A DNA stretch of 24,000 nt from an uncultured Candidatus Saccharibacteria bacterium (GCA_964600185.1 CAZRIO010000001.1:12522-36521); one strand, 5' to 3'. Positions 6,969-15,722 are shown, counted from the stretch's first letter. Notes: a model not told the origin generated them from the sequence alone. Translations and numbers: made by a program.

Positions 6969-9776
6969 TTATAACATTTTCTTGAGGAATTGGCCGGTGA
7001 AAGACTCTTTCACCTTTGCCACCTGCTCTGGTGTGCCTTCAGCGATCACCTGACCACCACCCGAACCGCCCTCGGGACCCATATCGATGACGTGATCGGC
7101 TGACTTAATAACATCGAGGTTGTGTTCAATCACCACGACGCTGTTACCAGTGTCGACCAACGCGTGCAGCACATGCAATAATTTTTCCACATCAGCGATG
7201 TGCAAGCCGGTCGTTGGCTCGTCAAGAATATACAGCGTGCGACCCGTCGCGCGACGGCTCAGTTCTGACGCCAGCTTAATGCGCTGCGCTTCACCACCAC
7301 TCAACTGCGTAGCCGGCTGTCCGAGCGAGATATATCCCAGTCCGACGTCAACCATCGTTTGCAGTTTACGGGCAATCGCCGGAATGCTTTGGAAGAACTC
7401 GAGCGCTTGCTCGCAGGTCATTTCCAGCACATCACTAATCGTCTTGCCCTTATAAAAGATTTCGAGTGCTTCACGGTTATAGCGCTTGCCATGACAGACT
7501 TCACACGGCACGTACACATCAGGCAAAAAGTGCATTTCAATCTTGATGATACCGTCGCCGGCACAGTTTTCACAGCGTCCGCCCTTGACGTTAAAACTAA
7601 AGCGACCGGGGCTGTAACCACGGAGTTTGGCCTCTGGAGTTTGCGCGAACAGTTCGCGAATTGGCGTGAACAAACCAGTGTATGTTGCCGGGTTCGAACG
7701 CGGCGTGCGGCCGATCGGTGACTGGTCGATAATAATCGCTTTATCGAGTTGTTTGATGCCTTCGATGTCATCGTGACGGCCAGGAACGGTGTTGGCGCGG
7801 TGCAAGCGCGCTTGTAACTCTTTGGCCAAGATGTCGTTTACGAGGCTCGATTTGCCCGAACCGGAAACACCACTCACCACTACCATTTCGCCGAGCGGGA
7901 ATTCGACAGTAACGTTTTGTAAGTTATTTTCGCGCGCGCCCACAATCTTCAGACACTTACCGTTGCCTTTGCGACGTTTTTTGGGCACGGCGATTTCTTT
8001 TTTGCCCGATAGGTATTGACCGGTGATGCTGTTAGGGTCCTTGGCAACTTCGTCGGGCGTACCCTGCGCCACTACTTCACCACCGTGGACACCGGCGCCA
8101 GGACCGATATCAACCAAATAATCGGCAGTGCGAATCGTGTCTTCATCGTGTTCGACTACAATGACCGTATTGCCGATATCGCGAAGGTGTTTAAGCGTCG
8201 TAATCAAACGCTCGTTGTCACGTTGGTGCAAACCGATCGAAGGCTCGTCGAGCACGTACAACACGCCCATAAGTCCCGAACCGATCTGCGTCGCCAAACG
8301 AATGCGCTGCGCTTCACCACCGCTGAGCGTCGTCGCACTACGCAGCAAAGTGAGGTAGTTCAGCCCAACATCGCGGAGGAACTGCAGCCGAGCACAAATC
8401 TCTTTCAAAATTTGCTGAGCAATTTTGGCGCTTTTGGCGTCTAAATCGAGTGTGTGGAAAAAGTCGAGCGCGTCATCGATCGACATATTACAAATGTTCA
8501 TGATTGATTTGTCGGCAACCGTTACGGCGAGCACTTCTGGTTTGAGGCGCATACCTTTACAGGAGTAACAAGGCTTTTCCTGCATAAACCGCTCAATGTC
8601 GGTCCGGATAAAATCGCTGTCAGTTTCTTTGTGACGGCGCTCCAAGTTCGGTACCACACCTTCGTAGGTCGTCTCGAAGCTGCGGCCGCCGCCTAATGCT
8701 ACACGGTACGTTTGTCCACCGGTTCCGTACATAATGCGGTCGATGTTTTCTTGGCTTAATTCCCCTGTCGGAACGTGCAGGCTGAACTTGTAGTGATCAG
8801 CTACGGCCTGCATTTTTTTCATGTACCAAGCATCGACATTCATGCGATTGAAGGGGCGAATCGCGCCTTCGGCAATCGTCAGACGACCATTCGGAATTAC
8901 CAGCTCAGGGTCAACCTCAAGCCGCGTTCCTAATCCCGTACAAACCGGGCAAGCACCGTGTGGACTGTTAAAACTAAAAGTGCGCGGTTCGAGTTCGGGG
9001 ATGGTTACCTCGGGGTGGTCGATGCACGCGTACATCAAACTGTATTGGAATTCGTCGTGAGTATCGGCATTAACGACGGCGATTTTACCTTCAGCAACAT
9101 CAAGACCCTGTTCTACTGACTGTGCTAAACGGCTCAGGCTGTCGGCGTTATTCACGAGTCGGTCAATGACCACTTCGATGGTGTGTTTGTGGTTTTTGTC
9201 GAGCTCGGGGAATTCGTCGAGGGCATACACCACGCCGTCAACGCGGGCGCGTGCAAATCCTGCGCGACTGTATTGTTCGGGAATGTGCTCGAATGCACCT
9301 TTTTTATCAATCACTACAGGCGCGAGAATCATTAATCGCGCATCTTCGGGCAAACCCATAATCTTGTCGATGATGTTCGTTGTCGTCTGGCGAGTAACCG
9401 GTTTGCCACAAATCGGACAGTGCGGCACACCGGCGCGGGCAAACAACAAGCGTAAATAATCATAAATTTCAGTGACGGTTGCGACCGTACTGCGGGGGTT
9501 GCGACTCGTGGATTTTTGGTCGATCGAGATCGCCGGACTCAGGCCATCGATCTGGTCTACATCCGGCTTCTCCATGAGTCCCAAAAACTGTCGGGCGTAG
9601 CTACTCAAACTTTCAACATAGCGACGCTGGCCTTCGGCGTAAATGGTATCGAAAGCAAGCGATGACTTTCCCGACCCTGACAAACCAGTAATTACTACCA
9701 ATTTATCGTGCGGCAATGTCACGTCGATATTTTTGAGGTTGTGCTCCCGCGCACCTTTGACAATAATCGAACTCAT
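6969..9776 (-). CDS. uvrA: Excinuclease ABC subunit A
   Basis: Full-length UvrA. N-terminus [19 protein letters not shown]...[23 protein letters not shown], zinc-finger Cys clusters, two ABC signatures (LSGGEAQR twice) and a second Walker [14 protein letters not shown] at 9776 gives the canonical N-terminus; the track TTG at 9797 adds 7 aa. Confidence 0.97.
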   Translation of the reverse strand: MSSIIVKGAREHNLKNIDVTLPHDKLVVITGLSGSGKSSLAFDTIYAEGQRRYVESLSSYARQFLGLMEKPDVDQIDGLSPAISIDQKSTSRNPRSTVATVTEIYDYLRLLFARAGVPHCPICGKPVTRQTTTNIIDKIMGLPEDARLMILAPVVIDKKGAFEHIPEQYSRAGFARARVDGVVYALDEFPELDKNHKHTIEVVIDRLVNNADSLSRLAQSVEQGLDVAEGKIAVVNADTHDEFQYSLMYACIDHPEVTIPELEPRTFSFNSPHGACPVCTGLGTRLEVDPELVIPNGRLTIAEGAIRPFNRMNVDAWYMKKMQAVADHYKFSLHVPTGELSQENIDRIMYGTGGQTYRVALGGGRSFETTYEGVVPNLERRHKETDSDFIRTDIERFMQEKPCYSCKGMRLKPEVLAVTVADKSIMNICNMSIDDALDFFHTLDLDAKSAKIAQQILKEICARLQFLRDVGLNYLTLLRSATTLSGGEAQRIRLATQIGSGLMGVLYVLDEPSIGLHQRDNERLITTLKHLRDIGNTVIVVEHDEDTIRTADYLVDIGPGAGVHGGEVVAQGTPDEVAKDPNSITGQYLSGKKEIAVPKKRRKGNGKCLKIVGARENNLQNVTVEFPLGEMVVVSGVSGSGKSSLVNDILAKELQARLHRANTVPGRHDDIEGIKQLDKAIIIDQSPIGRTPRSNPATYTGLFTPIRELFAQTPEAKLRGYSPGRFSFNVKGGRCENCAGDGIIKIEMHFLPDVYVPCEVCHGKRYNREALEIFYKGKTISDVLEMTCEQALEFFQSIPAIARKLQTMVDVGLGYISLGQPATQLSGGEAQRIKLASELSRRATGRTLYILDEPTTGLHIADVEKLLHVLHALVDTGNSVVVIEHNLDVIKSADHVIDMGPEGGSGGGQVIAEGTPEQVAKVKESFTGQFLKKML

Positions 9777-9818
9777 AAGCCCATATAGTATAGTCAAAAA
9801 ATCAAGTAATTACTAGTG

Positions 9819-10289
9819 CTACCGTGTTGGTGTTGGCGTTGGTGTTGGCGTTGGCCGCGGTTCAGTTTGCGCTAACGCGACAAAGTCACAAGTCGCGCCA
9901 TTTATACCAGACGCTATATCATAGACTAAGCAAGTGACATCGTTTTGCCCATATTCTATATTGTGCACCGCGAGATCTCCCTCAGGGACGCGTGCCGCAG
10001 AAGCCGGCGCTCTGTAATCAGGGTGCGCATAAAAATCTGAAAAATCACAGTCGTAGGCACGACTTGATCGTTTTGGGAGAGTCATCGCCAAACACTTTAA
10101 ATCACGGCCTTTGTAGGTTGTAATCTCGACGGTCATATCAGTAGGTAGCGTAGTGTCATTAAAATGCTCGCCCACCACCCCGCATGCTCCAAGAGCTGGC
10201 GACCCAATGAGCAATGCCAGCGCTGCAGCGCCGCGCCGCGTCCATCTTTCTCCTTGGGCTGGAGTATTTTCCGATGACAGCTTTTTCAC
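9819..10289 (-). CDS. Putative secreted lipoprotein with a C-terminal (Pro-Thr)n tail
   Basis: 156 aa with a GTG start. Signal peptide ending in the lipobox-like LIGSPALGAC. Several Cys residues in the mature part. The C-terminus is EPRPTPTPTPTPTR, encoded by a ggtgttggcgtt tandem repeat at about 9822-9850. Confidence 0.7.
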   Translation of the reverse strand: MKKLSSENTPAQGERWTRRGAAALALLIGSPALGACGVVGEHFNDTTLPTDMTVEITTYKGRDLKCLAMTLPKRSSRAYDCDFSDFYAHPDYRAPASAARVPEGDLAVHNIEYGQNDVTCLVYDIASGINGATCDFVALAQTEPRPTPTPTPTPTR

Positions 10290-10390
10290 TTCAATATTAT
10301 GGCATATTTATAGTTAAATGTAAATTGATTTCCTCAGCTCAACCTATTTTGCCTGACATTAAAATCATAGTGCTCACGCTTAAAATATAC

Positions 10391-10419
10391 TTGCTTTTTT
10401 AGCAAATTTCAGGTTAAAT
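10391..10419 (+). promoter_or_regulatory. Putative promoter for the small membrane protein gene
   Basis: TTGCTT (10391-10396), 17-nt spacer, TTAAAT (10414-10419). Downstream are SD GAGGGA (10445-10450) and ATG at 10456. Confidence 0.4.
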
Positions 10420-10455
10420 GAAATCAAATTATCGCGCGGGCAGCGAGGGATACAA

Positions 10456-10653
10456 ATGTCAGATTTCTTAATCCTGGGGCTTATTCCAGGCACCCCCATT
10501 CAAATCACTTTCATACTCTGGATTATCGGAGTCATTGCCGCTTTGGCCGGCTTTGGCGTATGGTTCGGCAAGCGTCGCCATTTGTTCCGTAATCTCGCGA
10601 TTATGACGGTGTTTGTTATGGCAACGCACCGCGAGCCTAACCTTTCGGTTTAA
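10456..10653 (+). CDS. Small hydrophobic membrane protein (65 aa), hypothetical
   Basis: The ORF has a good SD and a promoter-like signal. Two predicted hydrophobic helices are separated by GKRRH. Its stop codon overlaps the convergent yhhQ-like stop within TTAA (10650-10653). Confidence 0.5.
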   Translation: MSDFLILGLIPGTPIQITFILWIIGVIAALAGFGVWFGKRRHLFRNLAIMTVFVMATHREPNLSV

Positions 10654-11333
10654 ATTTTAGCAGGCACTGCTGCTTTTTCAGTAGTGAGTTTATTCCCGCG
10701 CAGCCAGCGAACACCGAGATACACCAGCGGCGTTTCAAACACCGATAGTGCGCAGCGCACCAACCAATATGGAATAAGCAGTCCTACAATAAAGCTCATA
10801 TTTGCGCCGAACGATGTCCCGAGCGCATAAAAAGCCAAGGTCAAAAATACCGCCGAATCGACAAATTGCGATACAAAGTTTGAAGCGTTATTGCGAAACC
10901 ACAATGCCTTTTTGTGCATGAGTTGGCGCAGTTTGCTAAAGATCAAAACATCGAGCAGTTCCGAACAAGCAAATGCCGCCAAGCTCGCGAGTGAAATGCG
11001 AATGGATGCGGCAAAAACCGTATCATACGCCGATTCTGTGCCTGCAAAATGCTTAGAAGCCGGCAAATGCACGACAAGTGTACTGTACAGTGTCAGCAAC
11101 GCAACCATGATCAAGCCGGAGTACACAACGCTACGCGCCCTGTTCTTGCCGTGTACTTCAATAATCACATCAATCGCCGTAAAAAGTAATGGCATCGCGA
11201 AAATCGCAACGCTTGCGTTCACAACAAAATGGCCGATATGCAAAATCGGGAATGTTTTTGCACCCATCAACTCGGTGGTCACTACACCAAAAATATACAG
11301 CGCCACCAACAGATCAAATTTCTGAATCTTCAT
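10650..11333 (-). CDS. yhhQ: Queuosine-precursor transporter, YhhQ/VUT (DUF165) family
   Basis: 227-aa polytopic membrane protein with family-typical features (MKIQKFDLL..., ...NFVSQFVDSAVFLTLAFY...). Confidence 0.85.
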   Translation of the reverse strand: MKIQKFDLLVALYIFGVVTTELMGAKTFPILHIGHFVVNASVAIFAMPLLFTAIDVIIEVHGKNRARSVVYSGLIMVALLTLYSTLVVHLPASKHFAGTESAYDTVFAASIRISLASLAAFACSELLDVLIFSKLRQLMHKKALWFRNNASNFVSQFVDSAVFLTLAFYALGTSFGANMSFIVGLLIPYWLVRCALSVFETPLVYLGVRWLRGNKLTTEKAAVPAKI

Positions 11334-11398
11334 GTCTTCTCTCTTTCTCAGTTATAGGGTAAGGTTAGGAATAAACCCGTTCGTAAGATGAGAGTTAT

Positions 11399-11443
11399 TT
11401 AGATAAAACTTGACCAAGTTGCAGTGCGTTTGTTGAGTAGCAT
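11399..11443 (-). CDS. Candidate 14-codon upstream ORF (MLLNKRTATWSSFI) in the yhhQ leader
   Basis: ATG (11443-11441) is preceded by AAAGAGGA (reverse complement of 11451-11458) at 7-nt spacing; TAA at 11401-11399. It is too short to assess by coding statistics. Confidence 0.25.
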   Translation of the reverse strand: MLLNKRTATWSSFI

Positions 11444-11464
11444 CGGATTATCCTCTTTGGCCTG

Positions 11465-11494
11465 AGCTTACGCGACAGCGCCATACAATGTCAA
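11465..11494 (-). promoter_or_regulatory. Putative promoter of the yhhQ leader
   Basis: The minus strand reads TTGACA (11494-11489), an 18-nt spacer, then TAAGCT (11470-11465). This lies about 130 nt upstream of the yhhQ ATG. Confidence 0.35.
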
Positions 11495-11527
11495 GAAATA
11501 TGTTTTGATCACCGACGGAACGCAAAA

Positions 11528-12052
11528 TTATCGAGCAACGCGGTAGCGCAATAGCAAGGTTCCACGCGCATTTATTTGCGCGACTTGCAGTAATTCTAGT
11601 TGCACATCAACGACCGTATTCCCTAACATTTCAGTTCCGACACCAAATAAAACCGGCTCGATCGTGGCATATATGTCAGTTACTAAATCGGCTGCAAAAA
11701 ACGCACCATACACCTGGCCGCCGCCAACCAATAATAGTTCACGGTGACCTATTTTCTCGAGCCTGGCCACGAGTTCGGCCGGAGTTTCACTTGTAAACTC
11801 CAGTTGACCGGGAACTGCTTGATCAGAAAAACGTTCTGGCTGCGAAGTCATAACCATGCGCAAGGTGCCGGGTTTCGGCTTGCTCTTGGCAGCCTCATAC
11901 GTTTTGCGACCCATAACAATTACGCGTGCCTCATTGAGCAATTTCATAAAATGCGTGGCGTCTTCGCTTGAATTCCAACTATGAACATTGGGGTCATCAC
12001 CTTTAGTGAGTTTACCGTCGAGCGACTGCACATGCACCACTGTTATGTTCAT
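11528..12052 (-). CDS. RibD C-terminal domain / dihydrofolate-reductase-like family protein
   Basis: 174 aa. MNITVVHVQSLDGKLTKGD..., ...VIVMGRKTYE..., ...LLLVGGGQVYGAFFAADLVTDIYATIEPVLFGVG... fits the RibD_C/DHFR-like reductase fold. The start overlaps the sbcB stop (TAATG at 12054-12050). Confidence 0.85.
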   Translation of the reverse strand: MNITVVHVQSLDGKLTKGDDPNVHSWNSSEDATHFMKLLNEARVIVMGRKTYEAAKSKPKPGTLRMVMTSQPERFSDQAVPGQLEFTSETPAELVARLEKIGHRELLLVGGGQVYGAFFAADLVTDIYATIEPVLFGVGTEMLGNTVVDVQLELLQVAQINARGTLLLRYRVAR

Positions 12053-13506
12053 TACTCCTCCAATTCTTCTTCAGACGGCATAATACTTTCGCCGTACAAT
12101 TTTAGTTCTTCGATCAAATATTCTTGGTGAGCAGTGAGTTTTCCGCGTTCCATCACCTCTTGCAGCCGTTGAAAATATTGCGCAAGCCGACTATGAGTGC
12201 CCCCATCCATCAATTTATGGCGGCGGAATTCGTCCCATGCCCTTCGTTCTTCGCTTGTTAAGGCTTTTGGAAAATTACGTGCTTTATAAAGCGGCAACAA
12301 CGCTGTTAAGCGGGGATCATCAAAATTTAAATGCAGCGACTCGCCCAGCTCGTCAGGCGCAGCTGCTCGGACGACACGCATAGCCTGTTTGTCTTGATTA
12401 TCAAAAAATCCATCATATAATTGGCCGTCCACCGACTGTTCGCTTGAGGCAAATTCAAGCTGGCGCTGTGTATCGAGCAATTCCAAAGCCTTGCGCAACT
12501 TCCCTGGAAAATCTTTCATACTTTTGAGCGTTTGGTGGTTCGTTTTTATAGTGGCGAGGTCGATTTGTAATCGCGTGCGGCTGCCGTCGTCGAGCACGCT
12601 CAACGGCGCGACTGCCGGACAGTGATTAAACTGCAAGGTTTTTACTGGCAATCGCTGTTTGGTTTCGTCGCGGCTCCATTTCCAGGCATCGGCAAGTTCC
12701 GTGGGCGACATGTTTTTAAATGGCGTCGGGTCGTGCCGCAAATCCCATACCAATGCGCCTTGTTTTTTTGGATGTTCACCAAGGGCAACCACTATTGTTG
12801 TTTTCTCAAAGTCCGACGGATACGTGCCGGAAGTATACACGAACGGCTCTTTGGTCATCACAAGTTCGCTCACTTTTCGTTTATCGCGAAAATGCAGCAA
12901 AAAATCGAACAATTTTGGCTGGTGATTGCGAATCAGGCGCGCAACCGAAATTGACGCCTCAACATCGCTCAGCGCGTCGTGCGCGTGGGCGTGCTCCAAT
13001 TTGTTGAGCGCCGTTAACAGCTCTAAACGATTGCTCGGTTTGCCTTTACTGTCAAAGGGCCATTGAATGCCCTCGGGACGAAGTGCCCGCGTCATGCGCA
13101 CGAGGTCGAGCAAATCCCACCTTGAACGACCATCTTGCCATTGCCATTCATAGGCATCGTAAAAGTTACGATATTGCAGAAAACGCATAAATTCATCATC
13201 GAATCGAACCGTGTTATAGCCGACAAAAATCGTTCCGGGCGTGGCAACATGCTCCTGGAAAAGGCGCAAAAATTCTGCCTCGGTTCGACCTTCGGCGATC
13301 GTTTCTTGCGGGGTGATGCCGGTGAGCAAAATTGCATCAATGTCGGGCAAAATATCGGGCGTAATGGTAACGAGCTCGTTCACCGGTTCGCCAATTGGCC
13401 GTAATTCCATATCGGTGCGCTGACCTGCAAATTGCATAATTCGAGCTTCACGCGGGCTAAAACCACTTGTCTCTAAATCGTAAAAGAAAAATGTCGGTGT
13501 TGCCAT
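12052..13506 (-). CDS. sbcB: Exodeoxyribonuclease I
   Basis: From ATG 13506: MATPTFFFYDLETSGFSPREARIMQFAGQRTD...LLTGITPQE...GYNTVRFDDEFMRFLQYRNFYDAYEWQWQDGRSRWDLLDLVRMTRALRPEGIQWP closely parallels E. coli ExoI, including the DEDDh exonuclease motifs. The 70-codon upstream extension in the track ORF overlaps the divergent gene and is not ExoI-like. Confidence 0.93.
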   Translation of the reverse strand: MATPTFFFYDLETSGFSPREARIMQFAGQRTDMELRPIGEPVNELVTITPDILPDIDAILLTGITPQETIAEGRTEAEFLRLFQEHVATPGTIFVGYNTVRFDDEFMRFLQYRNFYDAYEWQWQDGRSRWDLLDLVRMTRALRPEGIQWPFDSKGKPSNRLELLTALNKLEHAHAHDALSDVEASISVARLIRNHQPKLFDFLLHFRDKRKVSELVMTKEPFVYTSGTYPSDFEKTTIVVALGEHPKKQGALVWDLRHDPTPFKNMSPTELADAWKWSRDETKQRLPVKTLQFNHCPAVAPLSVLDDGSRTRLQIDLATIKTNHQTLKSMKDFPGKLRKALELLDTQRQLEFASSEQSVDGQLYDGFFDNQDKQAMRVVRAAAPDELGESLHLNFDDPRLTALLPLYKARNFPKALTSEERRAWDEFRRHKLMDGGTHSRLAQYFQRLQEVMERGKLTAHQEYLIEELKLYGESIMPSEEELEE

Positions 13507-13513
13507 CGCCCTT

Positions 13514-13519
13514 AGTGTA
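13514..13519 (-). promoter_or_regulatory. -10-like TACACT located 7 nt upstream of the sbcB ATG (leaderless-type layout)
   Basis: The minus strand reads TACACT aagggcg ATG (ATG at 13506-13504). The -35 is weak. Confidence 0.35.
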
Positions 13520-13544
13520 GCATCGACTGCCCGTCTGGCACAGC

Positions 13545-13573
13545 TTGCATTGCCTAAAGCTGCATGCCATAAT
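13545..13573 (+). promoter_or_regulatory. Putative promoter TTGCAT-17-CATAAT located 7 nt upstream of ATG 13581 (leaderless-type layout)
   Basis: TTGCAT (13545-13550), 17-nt spacer tgcctaaagctgcatgc, CATAAT (13568-13573), spacer ccgtgaa, then ATG at 13581. Confidence 0.45.
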
Positions 13574-13580
13574 CCGTGAA

Positions 13581-14444
13581 ATGACACATATGCACACTCC
13601 CGAACGCGTCCACGATGATCCGGCGATTGTCGAAGAGCAAGCTGCTGCACTCGCAGCCATCCGAGAACTCGAAATCCCACCGCATGAAACATATTCGAGC
13701 GCGGCGATGGACACATACCTTACCGCTCTCGATCTAACGCCGCCTCTACAAGTGTTTTTGCCCACCAACAAGGTTAATGAAGTCACCTCTGATCTGGATA
13801 TTTGGAATAGTTTACAGGGGACACCAGCCAACTTCCTGCCACAAGTCGATAGCACGATCATCCTGTCAAATGGAGGCGAAACCCCGCTGAACACCCGACG
13901 TGCAATTTTATATGGTAACTTACAAGGCGCAGGACGCACTCGTTTGAGCCGCACCCCGCAGGGCGTAGGATTTCACGCGGTAGATGTTGGTTTTCACCAC
14001 TTAGAACAGGTAGAAGACGGTCTCCGGGACACTGGTGGTATCTTAGAAATTGGCCTCATACGCGCACTTGAAAAAGAAATATCGCTTGCAATTGTCGACA
14101 ACCCCAGAGATGAATCCGCCATCTTGCGCGATATTACCGCAAAAGATGTCGCCGCGCAAAGCATCCGCACTATCATTTGCAAAGACCCCAGCTTACTAAA
14201 CACTATGCTGCGAGCCCGCGAAACATTCAACCCGACCGCACAGGAACAGCTCAAAGAAGAATTCGACCGCGTTATGGGTGAGGGATTTTACGATACAATG
14301 GTGCAATTTCCCCGAGACACAAGAAGCATCGACCAGGCGAAAAACTTCGTCATGCTGCGTTCTGCGGAGCACCGAGCCGATAAACGTGTCCGAGTTGATT
14401 CGTTTCGGCTCGTACTCGAGCAAGTAGTTGAAAATAACCGCTAA
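13581..14444 (+). CDS. Hypothetical protein, no recognisable domain (orphan)
   Basis: The long ORF fills the whole gap between sbcB and obg. The track start at 13545 is a TTG that coincides with the -35-like hexamer. The first ATG at 13581 fits the promoter geometry, and ATG 13590 is also possible. There is no signal peptide, TM segment or motif I can name. Confidence 0.65.
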   Translation: MTHMHTPERVHDDPAIVEEQAAALAAIRELEIPPHETYSSAAMDTYLTALDLTPPLQVFLPTNKVNEVTSDLDIWNSLQGTPANFLPQVDSTIILSNGGETPLNTRRAILYGNLQGAGRTRLSRTPQGVGFHAVDVGFHHLEQVEDGLRDTGGILEIGLIRALEKEISLAIVDNPRDESAILRDITAKDVAAQSIRTIICKDPSLLNTMLRARETFNPTAQEQLKEEFDRVMGEGFYDTMVQFPRDTRSIDQAKNFVMLRSAEHRADKRVRVDSFRLVLEQVVENNR

Positions 14445-15722
14445 CTAATACTCGAAGCTGCCTTCGTGCGCAATTCGCACGGTCTGACCGGCTTCAATTC
14501 CTTCACGCACTAATCCATGCGTAATGCCCATCTTGCGCATAATGTCGCGGAGGCGCTGCACGCCGTCTTCACTTGAAAAATCAGTTCGTGATGCAAATCG
14601 CTCGATTTTGCGGCCCGTGACCACATATATCTTGCCTTCTTTGGTGATTTTCCAGGCATCTTGTGTGGTGGGAATTTGCAAGATCGGAATAGCCGACGTT
14701 TCGGGCTCACTTTCTATTTTGCGTGCGCGCTCTTCGGCAACCATACGAGCCAAAGTGCGCAGCAATTCCGTAATACCCTGCTTGGTTACTGCTGAAATTG
14801 CACAGACTTCGGTACCTTTTGGCACGACTTTTTTGAGTGCTTTAAGGTGATCGTTGATAATTTCGTCGTCGAGACCTTCGATTTTAGTGAGCGCAACAAT
14901 CTGCGGCTTCACCGAAAGATCGATTTTATAAGCTTTGAGCTCGCCTTGAATGGTTTGATAGGCCTCTGCGATATCTGATTGGTAGGCATCGACAAGATGC
15001 AAAAGCACCGCTGTTCGCTCGACATGGCGCAAGAATTCATCGCCAAGGCCCTTACCCATTGCCGCACCTTCAATAAGACCAGGAATGTCAGCCATGAGCA
15101 AACTGGTGGTTTTATCGATGTCCACCACGCCTAAGTTCGGCGTAATAGTTGTAAAAGGATAATCGGCGATCTCTGGCCGAGCATTGCTTACTACGCTCAG
15201 AAGCGTTGATTTTCCGGCGTTCGGCAAACCCACGAGCCCTACGTCGGCGATCATCTTGAGTTCAAGCCGCACGGTGAGTAATTCACCGCGCTCACCGCGC
15301 TCAGCAATTCGAGGTGCCTGACGCCGCGACGAAAGGAAGTGCGCGTTACCAAAGCCACCTTTTCCGCCCTTGGCGATAACTACTTCTTGGCCATCTACGG
15401 TGAGATCTGCCAACAGTTGGCCTTCTTCATTCATAACAGCGGTGCCGACAGGCAGATCAACATACACATTCTTGGCGCTTCGGCCATGTTTTCGTACTTT
15501 GCTTCCGTTGCCACCAGGGGTTGCTGTTACTTCTTTTTGATACCGAAACTGTAACAAGGTGTTCTGGTTGCGGCTCGCACGCAAAATAATACTGCCACCA
15601 TCACCACCGTCACCACCGTCAGGACCACCGCGATCAACGAATTTTTCGTGGCGAAAACTAACGACACCGTTGCCGCCGTCGCCCGCTTGAAGCGTCACGC
15701 TCACATGGTCAATAAAGTTCAT
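14445..15722 (-). CDS. obg: GTPase Obg/CgtA
   Basis: 425 aa. Obg fold N-terminus MNFIDHVSVTLQAGDGGNGVVSFRHEKFVDRGGPDGGDGGDGGSI. G-domain motifs GLPNAGKST, DIPGLIEGA, TKIE. A C-terminal OCT-type extension is present. Confidence 0.97.
   Translation of the reverse strand: MNFIDHVSVTLQAGDGGNGVVSFRHEKFVDRGGPDGGDGGDGGSIILRASRNQNTLLQFRYQKEVTATPGGNGSKVRKHGRSAKNVYVDLPVGTAVMNEEGQLLADLTVDGQEVVIAKGGKGGFGNAHFLSSRRQAPRIAERGERGELLTVRLELKMIADVGLVGLPNAGKSTLLSVVSNARPEIADYPFTTITPNLGVVDIDKTTSLLMADIPGLIEGAAMGKGLGDEFLRHVERTAVLLHLVDAYQSDIAEAYQTIQGELKAYKIDLSVKPQIVALTKIEGLDDEIINDHLKALKKVVPKGTEVCAISAVTKQGITELLRTLARMVAEERARKIESEPETSAIPILQIPTTQDAWKITKEGKIYVVTGRKIERFASRTDFSSEDGVQRLRDIMRKMGITHGLVREGIEAGQTVRIAHEGSFEY

Noticed and set aside
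7120-9459. Multiple 75-140-aa plus-strand ORFs inside uvrA
   Set aside because: All are antisense shadows of a full-length, motif-complete uvrA. None has a start context or recognisable domains.
9777-9797. TTG start adding 7 residues to UvrA
   Set aside because: ATG 9776 reproduces the canonical UvrA N-terminus ([14 protein letters not shown]). The TTG overlaps promoter-like sequence.
11341-11385. GGGU...ACCC hairpin plus UAUAAC tail read as a preQ1-I aptamer
   Set aside because: Only a 4-bp P1 is possible and the loop is longer than usual. There is no C adjacent to the P1 3' strand for ligand pairing, and no loop/tail complementarity for the P2 pseudoknot. Left as an open question needing a covariance-model search, not called as a riboswitch.
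13507-13716. 70-codon N-terminal extension of the sbcB track ORF (start at 13716)
   Set aside because: ExoI homology begins at MATPTFFFYDLETSG (ATG 13506). The extension is Arg/Cys/Trp-rich, overlaps the divergent gene and its promoter, and has no ExoI counterpart.
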